From: Minisyncoccota bacterium
Lineage (GTDB): Bacteria > Patescibacteriota > Minisyncoccia > UBA6257
Assembly: GCA_028695015.1 (NCBI GenBank)
Contig: JAQVJR010000001.1
Location: 100,422-164,421 of the forward strand
DNA length: 64,000 bases
Direction: 5' to 3'
The position numbers were made by a program, and so were the translations under genes. Shown in pieces: positions 9,682 through 19,225 of this stretch. The number at the start of each line of letters is the position of its first letter. Position 1 is the first letter of the stretch. The notes below the pieces were generated by a model. It had not been told where the DNA came from and made no database searches. It was given only the letters and a program-made list of their open reading frames with translations.

Positions 9682-10887
9682 TTATTTCTGAGGGAATTCT
9701 CCCAAAACAATTTCTTTAATTAAAGTTTCATCATTACGTAATATTTTCAAAACTACTTTATCTCCAGGCCTGTATTGTCGAATCAAGGTTGCTAATTGAT
9801 TCTCCTCATCTATTTTAATACTATCTAGCTCTAGAATTATATCATTTTCTTCAAGTCCAGCAAACCAGGCAGGAGAATCTTTTTCTATTGCTGGTTCATT
9901 TTTACTTCCTTGTAATATTAAAGCTCCATAATCAACCGCTAGCTCTTTTTCTTCTTGAACTATTGAATTAATTAATATATATCTCACTCCTAGATAAGGA
10001 ATCTTAAATTCTCCTGTTTCTATTACTTGCTCAATAGCATTTTTAATTTTATTTATTGGAATAGCAAAACCAATATTTTCAGCACTTAACACCTTTGCTG
10101 TATTTAAACCAATGACTTCACCTTTTAAGTTTAATAATGGGCCACCAGAATTTCCTTGATTAATAGCCACATCAGTTTGAATAACATTATTTAAACTAAT
10201 TCTTTGACCATAATTATCAGGAACATCTATTGAACGAGAAAGACCAGAAATCACACCTACAGAAACTGTGTTTTGAAATTCTCCTAAAGCATTGCCAATG
10301 GCAATCACTGTTTGCCCTAAGGCAATATTACTAGAATCACCCAAGGGTAAAGGAATTAATCCATCTTTTTTAATTTTTAAAATAGCAAAATCTTCTATTG
10401 AATCCCGAGCCACCACTTCAGCATTATACTTTTTCCCATCATTCATTAAAACTGTATAATTAGCTGTCGTATCTTCTACTACATGTTGATTTGTAATGAT
10501 ATAACCTTGAGAATCAATTACAAAACCACTGCCAGCACTTACTTCTCTCTCTTCTGTTCCTCTTTGACGATATTGAGGAATCTGAAAGTAAAAATCAAAA
10601 GGACCAAATCCTTCAAAAGGATTAATATAATATTCTTCTATTTTGGGTAAATCTTTTGTTGCAATAACACTAACTACAGAATTTTCACTATTCTTAACTA
10701 CTTCTATTATTTTTCTTTCATAATCACTTTCAGTTAAATTCAATATGTTTTTTTCTTGATTTTTTTTCAAAAAAGAATCACCAACATAATGTGTTGAAAA
10801 AACACCACCAAGAAAACCAAAGATAAAAGAACCTAAAATACCAGTAATTAGAAAAATTGTTAATAGTTTTTGTATTTTTTTATCCAT
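9682..10887 (-). CDS. htrA: HtrA/DegP-family serine protease with a C-terminal PDZ domain
   Basis: N-terminal TM anchor; trypsin-like catalytic motif GNSGGPLLN; a PDZ-like tail. It lies 12 nt upstream of clpB on the same strand. Confidence 0.85.
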   Translation of the reverse strand: MDKKIQKLLTIFLITGILGSFIFGFLGGVFSTHYVGDSFLKKNQEKNILNLTESDYERKIIEVVKNSENSVVSVIATKDLPKIEEYYINPFEGFGPFDFYFQIPQYRQRGTEEREVSAGSGFVIDSQGYIITNQHVVEDTTANYTVLMNDGKKYNAEVVARDSIEDFAILKIKKDGLIPLPLGDSSNIALGQTVIAIGNALGEFQNTVSVGVISGLSRSIDVPDNYGQRISLNNVIQTDVAINQGNSGGPLLNLKGEVIGLNTAKVLSAENIGFAIPINKIKNAIEQVIETGEFKIPYLGVRYILINSIVQEEKELAVDYGALILQGSKNEPAIEKDSPAWFAGLEENDIILELDSIKIDEENQLATLIRQYRPGDKVVLKILRNDETLIKEIVLGEFPQK

Positions 10888-10899
10888 TTTGCTATTTAA

Positions 10900-10908
10900 A
10901 TTATAACA
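10900..10908 (-). promoter_or_regulatory. Candidate extended -10 element (TGtTATAAT) for the htrA-clpB operon
   Basis: Minus-strand sequence catatgTTATAATttaaatagcaaaATG; the -10 lies 12 nt upstream of the htrA ATG, so the leader would be very short. No CIRCE element is visible. Confidence 0.3.
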
Positions 10909-10952
10909 TATGGCTAATATATTTAGCTTGTATATCTATTATATAATAAAAT

Positions 10953-13900
10953 CTATTTTTTTCTAAATCCAGTTCCTGCAGGAATTAATCTTCCAATGAT
11001 TACATTTTCTTTTAATCCTTTCAAATAATCTTTTTTACCTTCTATAGCTGCTCGAATTAAAATGCGAGAGGTTTCTTGAAAAGAAGCTGCTGATAAGAAA
11101 CTTTCTGAATTAAGAGCAACGTTTTTAATACCCATTAAGATTTCTTCTGATTTTGGTTGTTTTTTACCAGCGGTTTTTAATTCCTTAGCTGTTTCTTCAA
11201 ACACTCTTTTAGGAACTACTTCTCCAGGGATAAACTCACTCGCTCCTTTATCTGTTATTTTTACTAAAGAAAACATCTGTTTTATCATTATCTCAAAATG
11301 TTTCTCACTAATATCTTCTCCAGCAATATTATAAACCTTCTTTACTTCTTTTAAGATATATTGTTGGCAAGCCTCTCTGCCCAAAACCTTTAAAAGTTTC
11401 TTTAAATCAATATTACCTTCACTAAGCTGATCACCTTTTTTAACAACTTCTCCTTTCTTTACCCATAGAGTAACTTTTTCAGGAATTGCATATTCAACTA
11501 AAGAAGATTTTCCCTCTTTAGTTTTAATCACAACATGCTTTTCATGACCTACTTTTTTAATATCCACTACCGTGCCTTCAACTTCACTAATAACAGCCTC
11601 TCCTTTTGGAATCCTAGCTTCAAAAATTTCTTCTACTCTTGGCAAGCCTTGAGTAATATCTATTGCCTGAGCTACTCCACCAGTATGAAAAGTCCTTAAA
11701 GTTAATTGAGTACCAGGCTCACCAATTGATTGTGCAGCCACAATACCCACTGCTTCGCCTAAATCTATTGGTTTTCTCCAAGCTAAGTCAATACCATAGC
11801 ATTTTTGACAAACCCCATCTAAGCATCCACAACTTAATGGAGACCGAACAACAACTTCTTCGGTTGATGATTTTAATACTTTCTCCATATTTAATTCATC
11901 AAGTAATTCTCCAGTTTTAAGAACTATCGTGCCTTTTTTATCAACAACATTCTGAGCTAAATATCTTCCAAAAATTCTTTTTTCAAAGCTAATATCTTCA
12001 AGCTCACATTCTTTTCTATTAACTAAAAGGCCTTTTTTACAACGACAATTCTCTTCTTTAATAATTACATCTTGAGCTACATCAACTAATCTTCGAGTTA
12101 AATAACCAGCAAAAGAAGTCTTTAAAGCTGTATCAGCTAATCCTTTTCGACCGCCATGAGAAGCAGCAAAATATTCTAAAACATTAAATCCTTCCTGATG
12201 AGAAGACAAGATAGGCATTTCTATAGAACGCCCTAAAGGATCAACAACTAATCCCTTCATGCCCATAATCTGAGCAGCAATACCCCAATTACCTTTAGCC
12301 CCAGAGTTAAAGAAGATATAGATTGAATCATCTTTATTTAAAGATTTTTGAACTAAGGCAGAAACTTGATTAGATGCTTGCCACCATTGAGTTTTTATTA
12401 AATCTTTTCTTTCTTGTGAAGTTAAAAATCCTTCCCGATATTGATTAATTATCTCTTCTACTTTTTTTGAAGTTTCTGCTAAAATAGCTGGTTTTTCTTT
12501 TGGTATTCTTAAATCACTCAGTCCCCAAGAAATACCAGACAAAGTAGCATAATGAAAACCTAAATCTTTTATAGCATCCAATACTTCAGCACTCTTTTTA
12601 AAATCTTTATAATGGCCAAGTATTTCTTTAGCCACTTGTTTCATTTCTTTTACTGCTAATTGCTTGTTATAAAAAGGAAATTCTTCTGGTAAAGCTTCAT
12701 TAAAAATAATTCTACCAACAGTAGTAACTATTAATTTATTATCTTCTTTAGAAATCTTTGCTCTAATTGCTTCATGAAGATCTATCTTTTTATACTCATA
12801 AGCAAACAGGGCTTCTTTTTCACTAGAGAATGTTTTTAATTCTTTTTCTTCTTTAATCTCTTCAGCAAAATCCATTGTCAACCAATAAATACCTAAGATC
12901 ATTTCATGTCGCGGTAACATGGCTGGCTCCCCATTAGCTGGTTTTATTAATCCCAAATTTGCCATCATTCTTGTTTCACTCTCTCTTTGAGCTTCTTCTG
13001 ATAAAGGAACATGAACTGCCATTTGGTCCCCATCAAAATCTGCATTAAAAGGCGGAGTAACCAAGGCTGGGATTTGAATAGCCAAGCCTTCTATTAATTT
13101 AGGTTTAAAAGCTTGAATACTTAAACGATGAAGTGTTGGGGCTCTATTTAATAAAACATATCTTCCCTCAACTATTTTTTCTAATATTTCCCAAACCACA
13201 TCTGGTTCTTCTTCTATTAAACGATTAGCTGCTCGAGGATTAAAAACTATCTCCCGTTTAATTAATTCACTAGCCACAAAAGGTTTAAATAATTCCAAAG
13301 CCATTTTTTTAGGTAAACCACATTCATGAATTTTTAATTCTGGACCAATAACAATAACTGAACGACCTGAATAATCTACTCTCTTACCTAAAAGATTTTG
13401 ACGAAAACGGCCTTGTTTGCCTTGTAAAGCATCAGCCAAAGACCGAAGAGGCCTGTGTTGAGCAGAATGCATAGAAGTTGTTCCTGATGTCTTTCTAATT
13501 GAATTATCAATTAAAGCATCAACAGCTTCTTGAAGCATTCTTTTTTCATTTTTAATTATTACCTCTGGCGCCTTTAATTCTAATAGCTTTTTTAAACGAT
13601 TATTACGGTTAATGACTCGACGATACAAATCATTTAAATCAGAAGTGGCAAACTTGCCTCCTTCTAATTGAACCATTGGTCTTAAATCTGGTGGTAATAC
13701 AGGAAGAATTGTTAAAAACATCCATTCAGGTCGTGTTCCTGAATCAAGGAAACCTTTAACTAATTTCAAACGAGCTAAAACTTTTTTATCAGTAGTTTTT
13801 GACTTTTTCTTCTCTATCTCTGCTGTTAATTCTTTTTCTAGTTTTTTAAGATCTATTTGCTCTAATAATTTTCTTAAAGGCTCACTCCCTGTTTCAGCTG

Positions 13901-14561
13901 TAAAAACTTCTCCGTATTTTTTTGATAAATTTATATATTCAACTTCAGAAAAGATTGTTTTTAATTTTATAGAATCAATTTCTTTTTTTGCTTCTGTTAA
14001 AGATTCAGTTAATTCTTTTTTTTGTTTTGCTGGCCAATTTTTTAATTTTGATTGATATTCTACTTCCATTTCAGCTAAAACTCTCTTTTTAGCCTCTTCA
14101 TCAATAGAAGTGACAATATAACTATTATAATAAACCACTCTTTCCAAAGCATTCATTGGAACATTTAAAATCAATCCAATTCTTGAAGGCACGCTTCTTA
14201 AAAACCAAATATGCACCACTGGTGTTGCTAATTCAATATGTCCCATTTTTTCCCTTCTAATAAAAGAACGGGTTATCTCCACTCCGCAACGATCACAAAC
14301 AATGCCCCTATAATGGGCCCCTCGATATTTACCACAAGCGCATTCATAATCTTTAACTGGTCCAAAAATCTGTTCTGAGAACAATCCTTCTTTTTCTGGT
14401 TTTTGAGTGCGATAGTTTATGGTTTCTGCTTTAGTCACCTCACCATAAGTTTTTGCCATTTCATTATAAGACCAAGACAAAATTTCCTCTGGAGAGGCAA
14501 TTTTTAAGCTTAAAGCTTCAAAATCTCTTATTTGTGTTTCTTTGTCTTTTTGCATATTCAT
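10953..14561 (-). CDS. rpoC: DNA-directed RNA polymerase subunit beta'
   Basis: Catalytic [14 protein letters not shown] motif; N-terminal zinc-binding cysteines; 1202 aa. Confidence 0.95.
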   Translation of the reverse strand: MNMQKDKETQIRDFEALSLKIASPEEILSWSYNEMAKTYGEVTKAETINYRTQKPEKEGLFSEQIFGPVKDYECACGKYRGAHYRGIVCDRCGVEITRSFIRREKMGHIELATPVVHIWFLRSVPSRIGLILNVPMNALERVVYYNSYIVTSIDEEAKKRVLAEMEVEYQSKLKNWPAKQKKELTESLTEAKKEIDSIKLKTIFSEVEYINLSKKYGEVFTAETGSEPLRKLLEQIDLKKLEKELTAEIEKKKSKTTDKKVLARLKLVKGFLDSGTRPEWMFLTILPVLPPDLRPMVQLEGGKFATSDLNDLYRRVINRNNRLKKLLELKAPEVIIKNEKRMLQEAVDALIDNSIRKTSGTTSMHSAQHRPLRSLADALQGKQGRFRQNLLGKRVDYSGRSVIVIGPELKIHECGLPKKMALELFKPFVASELIKREIVFNPRAANRLIEEEPDVVWEILEKIVEGRYVLLNRAPTLHRLSIQAFKPKLIEGLAIQIPALVTPPFNADFDGDQMAVHVPLSEEAQRESETRMMANLGLIKPANGEPAMLPRHEMILGIYWLTMDFAEEIKEEKELKTFSSEKEALFAYEYKKIDLHEAIRAKISKEDNKLIVTTVGRIIFNEALPEEFPFYNKQLAVKEMKQVAKEILGHYKDFKKSAEVLDAIKDLGFHYATLSGISWGLSDLRIPKEKPAILAETSKKVEEIINQYREGFLTSQERKDLIKTQWWQASNQVSALVQKSLNKDDSIYIFFNSGAKGNWGIAAQIMGMKGLVVDPLGRSIEMPILSSHQEGFNVLEYFAASHGGRKGLADTALKTSFAGYLTRRLVDVAQDVIIKEENCRCKKGLLVNRKECELEDISFEKRIFGRYLAQNVVDKKGTIVLKTGELLDELNMEKVLKSSTEEVVVRSPLSCGCLDGVCQKCYGIDLAWRKPIDLGEAVGIVAAQSIGEPGTQLTLRTFHTGGVAQAIDITQGLPRVEEIFEARIPKGEAVISEVEGTVVDIKKVGHEKHVVIKTKEGKSSLVEYAIPEKVTLWVKKGEVVKKGDQLSEGNIDLKKLLKVLGREACQQYILKEVKKVYNIAGEDISEKHFEIMIKQMFSLVKITDKGASEFIPGEVVPKRVFEETAKELKTAGKKQPKSEEILMGIKNVALNSESFLSAASFQETSRILIRAAIEGKKDYLKGLKENVIIGRLIPAGTGFRKK

Positions 14562-14576
14562 CTAAGTTTATATAAA

Positions 14577-17500
14577 TTATTCCTCTACTGTTTTTTCTTC
14601 TTCAGTTTTAACTCCAATCAAATTAGCTGCCAGGCCTAAGGCTTGTAATTCTTTTAAAATCACATCAAAAGCAGCTGGAATATTTGGACTTTTAATTTTC
14701 TCACCTTTGATAATAGCTTCATAAGTCGCTCCTCTGCCTAAAACATCATCAGATTTAATAGTTAACATTTCTTGTAAAGTATAAGCTGAGCCATAACCTT
14801 CTAAAGCCCAAACTTCCATTTCTCCAAATCTCTGACCACCATGATGAGCTCTACCACCTAAAGGCTGTTGAGTAATCAAGGAATAAGAACCAATAGCTCG
14901 CATATGGACCTTATCCTGCACCATATGCTCTAATTTCATAATATACATCATGCCCACAGCTACTCTTTTATCAAAAGATTCACCTGTTTTTCCATTATAT
15001 AAAACAACCTTTCCATCTTCAGGAATTCCAGCTTTTTTCAATTCACTTTTTATATCCTCTTCTGTTGCTCCGTCTAAAGCTGGGCTAATTGCTTGATAAC
15101 CTAATTTATGAGCAGCCAAGCCTAAATGATTTTCAAAAACCTGTCCAATATTCATACGACTACCAATACCTAGTGGATTTAAAATGACATCAATTGGTGT
15201 GCCATCTTCTAAATAAGGCATATCTTCTTCTGGCACAATAACCGAAATCACTCCTTTATTTCCATGACGTCCAGCTAATTTATCACCAGCCATAATATTT
15301 CTTAATTCAGCAATCTCAACACTGATTTTTTTAATCACTCCCACTTTTAACTTATCTCCTTCTTTACGAGATAATATTTTAGTCCTAACCACTCGTCCTT
15401 GACGTGAAGGATCTAGAACCAAAGAAGTATCTTTAATGTCTTTCATTTGCTCTCCAAAAATAGCTTGCAATAATCTTTCTTCAGAAGTTAATTCTGCCTT
15501 ACCTTTTGGAGAAATTTTACCTACTAAAATATCCCCTCCTTTTACTTCAGCCCCAATTCTAATAATCCCTTCCTCGTCTAAGTTTTTTAATTTTTCTTCA
15601 GAAACATTTGGAATATCCCGAGTAGTCATCTCAGGACCTAATTTAGTTTCCACTACATCACAAGTAAATTCTTCTAAATACACAGAAGAGAAATTATCAT
15701 TCCTTAAAACTCTTTCTGAAATAACAATTGCATCTTCATAATTAGCACCAAAGAAAGGCATAAAGGCAACTAATAAATTCTGACCCAAAGCTAACATCCC
15801 TTGTTTAGTAGCTGCTCCATCAGCTAAAATATCTCCTTTTTTTACCTTATCTCCTTTTTTAACTATTGGTTTATGCATCAACCAGCTGTTTTTATTACTT
15901 CGGCCAAAATTAGTAAGTTCATAAACCCGTTTATCTTCTTTTTTACCACTAGCAAGTTTAATTGTAATATGGCTAGCATCAACTTCTTCAACAACCCCAT
16001 CTTCTTCATTAATCAAACACTGACCTGATTCAAAAGCAACTTTGCTTTCAATACCTGTGGCTACTAAAGGCGCTTGGGCCCTAACACAAGGCACTGCTTG
16101 TCTTTGCATATTAGCCCCCATTAAGGCTCTATTTGATTCATCATGCTCTAGAAAAGGAATTAAGCTTACAGCAACTGAGATGATTTGCTGACAAGAAACA
16201 TCCATTAAATCAACTTCTTTGTTTTTAATTAAAGTTGGCTCACCTCTCACTCTAGCGCCAATCCATTCTTCTTCAATTTTCCCTTTATCATTAACCTTAA
16301 TTGCTCCATGGGCAATCTTGTGTTTTAATTCTTCAAAAGCATTTAGCCAAATGATTTCTCCAGTTAATTGTCCATTTTCTACTTTAATATATGGTGTTTC
16401 TATAAAACCAAATTCATTTAAACGAGCATAAAGAGATAAAGAAAGAACCAATCCAATATTCTGCCCTTCTGGAGTTTGAATAGGACATAAACGTCCATAA
16501 TGGCTAGTTTGAATATCTCTAACTTCTAATCCAGCTCTTTCTCTAACTAAACCTCCAGGCCCCATGCTGGTCACCCTTCTTTTATGCTCAAGCTCTGAAA
16601 GCATGTTCATCTGTTCCATGAATTGACAAAGCTGGGAAACATTAAAGAATTCCCGAATCACATTTACCAATTGATGAGGGTTAATTAATTGAGCTGGCAT
16701 TAAAACCTCTGGGTCTAAAACTGCCATTCTGTCTTGGATTGTACGACGCATTCTCATTAAGCCCACCCTAACTCTTTCAGATAAGATTTCCCCTACTGCC
16801 TTTACTCTTCGATTACCCAAATGATCAATATCATCTTCTAAGGCTTCTTCATCATTATTCAATCTGATGATTTCCTTAATAATTGAAATTAAATCTTCTT
16901 GGGTTAAACTTCTTTGTTCAAAAGAAACTTCAAGGCCAAGACGTTGGTTCATTTTATAACGACCAACTCTTGCCAAATCATATCTATCTGATCGGAAAAA
17001 CATATTGTTTATTAAATCATAAGCATTATCAAAAGTTGCCAGTTCTCCTGGCCTTTGATAGCGATAAATTTCAATATAGCCTTCTTCTTTATTAGAGGCC
17101 AAATCTTTTTTTAAAGTATTTTCTATATGTTTGATTTCTGATTCTTCTTCTTCTTTTTCAAAAACTTTTTTTATCTCTTTATTACTTTCTAAACCAAAAA
17201 TCCTTAAGAGTGTTGTTACTGGAATTTTCCTTTTTCTATCTATCTTTACACTTATTACTCCATCTTTATCTGTTTCAAATTCTAACCAAGCTCCATGATT
17301 AGGAATTATCTTTGCATTAAAAACTCTTTTACCCCTTACATTAACTGCAGAAAAATACACTCCAGGAGACCGATTGATTTGAGAAATAACTACCTTTTCC
17401 ACTCCGTTGATAATAAAAGTCCCTCGAGGAGTCATTACTGGAATTTCTCCAAAATAAACTTCTTGTTCTTTACTAATGCCTGAATTTTTCTCAGTCAATT

Positions 17501-17759
17501 CTAATTTTACCCTAAGAGTAGAATCATAATTTAATCCTTTTTCCTTTGCTTGTTTTTCTGATATCTTAGGATTTTCAAAATAATAACTTAAAAAACCCAA
17601 TTCCAAATCCTTTCCCGAATAATCCTTTATCGGAAATAGCTCTTTAAAAACTTCACTAATACCTTCTTTTAAAAACCAATTAAAAGAATCTGTTTGGAAT
17701 TGAGTTAATCGCGGTGGCTCTAAAACCCTCCGGGAACAACGGGAAAAATTTGTTATCAT
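14577..17759 (-). CDS. rpoB: DNA-directed RNA polymerase subunit beta
   Basis: Conserved beta-subunit blocks; 1060 aa; immediately upstream of rpoC. Confidence 0.95.
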   Translation of the reverse strand: MITNFSRCSRRVLEPPRLTQFQTDSFNWFLKEGISEVFKELFPIKDYSGKDLELGFLSYYFENPKISEKQAKEKGLNYDSTLRVKLELTEKNSGISKEQEVYFGEIPVMTPRGTFIINGVEKVVISQINRSPGVYFSAVNVRGKRVFNAKIIPNHGAWLEFETDKDGVISVKIDRKRKIPVTTLLRIFGLESNKEIKKVFEKEEEESEIKHIENTLKKDLASNKEEGYIEIYRYQRPGELATFDNAYDLINNMFFRSDRYDLARVGRYKMNQRLGLEVSFEQRSLTQEDLISIIKEIIRLNNDEEALEDDIDHLGNRRVKAVGEILSERVRVGLMRMRRTIQDRMAVLDPEVLMPAQLINPHQLVNVIREFFNVSQLCQFMEQMNMLSELEHKRRVTSMGPGGLVRERAGLEVRDIQTSHYGRLCPIQTPEGQNIGLVLSLSLYARLNEFGFIETPYIKVENGQLTGEIIWLNAFEELKHKIAHGAIKVNDKGKIEEEWIGARVRGEPTLIKNKEVDLMDVSCQQIISVAVSLIPFLEHDESNRALMGANMQRQAVPCVRAQAPLVATGIESKVAFESGQCLINEEDGVVEEVDASHITIKLASGKKEDKRVYELTNFGRSNKNSWLMHKPIVKKGDKVKKGDILADGAATKQGMLALGQNLLVAFMPFFGANYEDAIVISERVLRNDNFSSVYLEEFTCDVVETKLGPEMTTRDIPNVSEEKLKNLDEEGIIRIGAEVKGGDILVGKISPKGKAELTSEERLLQAIFGEQMKDIKDTSLVLDPSRQGRVVRTKILSRKEGDKLKVGVIKKISVEIAELRNIMAGDKLAGRHGNKGVISVIVPEEDMPYLEDGTPIDVILNPLGIGSRMNIGQVFENHLGLAAHKLGYQAISPALDGATEEDIKSELKKAGIPEDGKVVLYNGKTGESFDKRVAVGMMYIMKLEHMVQDKVHMRAIGSYSLITQQPLGGRAHHGGQRFGEMEVWALEGYGSAYTLQEMLTIKSDDVLGRGATYEAIIKGEKIKSPNIPAAFDVILKELQALGLAANLIGVKTEEEKTVEE

Positions 17760-17812
17760 TGATAATTAAATATTAAATAAGCTTATAAAAAATAAGAAGA
17801 CCTTTTTAATTT

Positions 17813-18028
17813 TCAGGCCGTAAATTTTAACGCATTAACAATAGATTGGGCAATTCTTTTAGAAATAATGCTTTTTTCTTTAGAGAAATTTAATTGCCAA
17901 TTACTGACACTTTCCTTTCCTATTCTATGCTTTTTAAATAATTTGTCAAGAGCAATAAGCAAATCTTCACCTTTTTCCACTTTAACCTCAAATTGATTGC
18001 CATTTGCTCTAAAAGATAAAAGAATCAT
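17813..18028 (-). CDS. Hypothetical 71-aa protein
   Basis: Its start codon overlaps the trmD stop in an ATGA arrangement, which implies translational coupling. No family was recognised. Confidence 0.45.
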   Translation of the reverse strand: MILLSFRANGNQFEVKVEKGEDLLIALDKLFKKHRIGKESVSNWQLNFSKEKSIISKRIAQSIVNALKFTA

Positions 18029-18714
18029 CCTTTTGGTATTTTTTTAAAATGCTTAATTTTCCACTCTTGAATTTTCTGATGATTACCAGAAGTTAAAACT
18101 TTTGGCACCTGCCAAGATATTTTTTTATTATTCTTTTTTGGATAAAAAACAGCTGGTCTTGTATATTGAGGATATTCTCCCAATAACTCAAGATTTGGAG
18201 CAAAAGATTCTTCTAATAAAGATTCTTCTTTAATCACTCCAGGAAGCAGGCGCACCACACTATCAACTAAAACCATTGCTGGTAATTCCCCACCAGTTAA
18301 AATATAATCACCAATAGAAATTTCTTCATCAGCAATATATTTAGCTACTCTTTCATCAACTCCTTCATAACGAGGACAAATAAGAATCAATCTATCATTT
18401 TGAGCTAATTCTTTAGCTTTTTTCTGGTTTAATTTTTTCCCTTTAGCAGAAAAAAGAATCACCTGGCACTTTTTTTTCTTTTGTTTCTTTTTTAAATCTT
18501 TGACTGCTTGAAATATTGGCTCAACTTTAAAAATCATGCCCACTCCTCCACCAAAAGGAACATCATCAACACTCTGATGAGAATCATTTGTCCAATCTCG
18601 AAGATTGTAAACATTAATCTTTGCAATCTTCTTTTCTTGAGCTCTTTTAATAATAGAAGTTTCAAAATATGTTTTAAAAACTTCTGGGAAAATAGTTAAA
18701 ATATCAAAATACAT
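18025..18714 (-). CDS. trmD: tRNA (guanine37-N1)-methyltransferase TrmD; the start is the ATG at 18714, whereas the ORF track extends to a TTG at 18765.
   Basis: MYFDILTIFPE... matches the TrmD N-terminus; SPOUT knot motifs GGGVGM and ILTGGELPAMVLVDSVVRLLPGV. Confidence 0.85.
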   Translation of the reverse strand: MYFDILTIFPEVFKTYFETSIIKRAQEKKIAKINVYNLRDWTNDSHQSVDDVPFGGGVGMIFKVEPIFQAVKDLKKKQKKKKCQVILFSAKGKKLNQKKAKELAQNDRLILICPRYEGVDERVAKYIADEEISIGDYILTGGELPAMVLVDSVVRLLPGVIKEESLLEESFAPNLELLGEYPQYTRPAVFYPKKNNKKISWQVPKVLTSGNHQKIQEWKIKHFKKIPKG

Positions 18715-18726
18715 AATTCCATAATA

Positions 18727-18760
18727 AAAACTGCAGTATTTTGTATCATACCGCAGTTTT
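18727..18760 (-). terminator. Hairpin followed by a U-run between the KH-protein gene and trmD; candidate intrinsic terminator or attenuator.
   Basis: aaaactgcagtat-tttgtatc-ataccgcagtttt forms 13 bp with one mismatch. On the minus-strand RNA it is followed by UUUUUAUUAU. Confidence 0.45.
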
Positions 18761-18786
18761 AACAATTTTTCAACCGAAGGGTTAAA

Positions 18787-19107
18787 TTAGATTTTCAAAT
18801 CATTGCCTATATCTTCTGCCATTTTTTCCGCCTCTCGGCTTACTCTTGAAGAACCAGCTGGTTCTTCAATCTTGAGATTTACTCGAGCTTTATTTTTAGC
18901 CCCAGCCACTTTAAGAATTGTTCTTAAAGCCTTAGCCATTGATCCCTGACGGCCAATAATTTGAGCCATATCATCAGGATCAACTGTTAAAGAAAGCAAC
19001 ACGCCCATTTCATCTACTTTTCGATCTACCTTTACTGCTTCTGGCTTGCTAACTATATTTTTAATAATAAACTCAAGTAATTTTTGATCAACAGGTAATT
19101 CTGCCAT
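18787..19107 (-). CDS. KH-domain RNA-binding protein (YlqC/KhpA-like)
   Basis: KH GXXG loop IIGRQGSMAKALRTIL; about 100 aa; lies upstream of trmD as in the rpsP-ylqC-rimM-trmD operon. Confidence 0.75.
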   Translation of the reverse strand: MAELPVDQKLLEFIIKNIVSKPEAVKVDRKVDEMGVLLSLTVDPDDMAQIIGRQGSMAKALRTILKVAGAKNKARVNLKIEEPAGSSRVSREAEKMAEDIGNDLKI

Positions 19108-19225
19108 GTTTCCTGAATTAATAATTTTCTTGATTCTTTACTTGACAATAAAGTAGCCGTCGACCCTTCCTTTCATCAGCTACCTCTCTTTAATAATGAT
19201 AAATTAACAATCTTTAAAAGTCAAC

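Noticed and set aside
9670-10952. CIRCE (HrcA) operator upstream of htrA-clpB
   Set aside because: I found no TTAGCACTC-N9-GAGTGCTAA-like inverted repeat in either spacer.
11663-17483. Plus-strand ORFs 11663-11920, 15436-15741, 16219-16431, 16883-17095 and 17295-17483 inside rpoC/rpoB
   Set aside because: Antisense shadow ORFs within the RNA polymerase genes, with no independent signals.
19108-19225. Possible SRP (4.5S) RNA, because of the GAAAGGAAGG motif in a hairpin
   Set aside because: It lacks the conserved domain IV symmetric-loop sequence (GGUCCGGAAGGAAGCAGC and its partner). It is more simply the smc terminator or the KH-gene leader hairpin.
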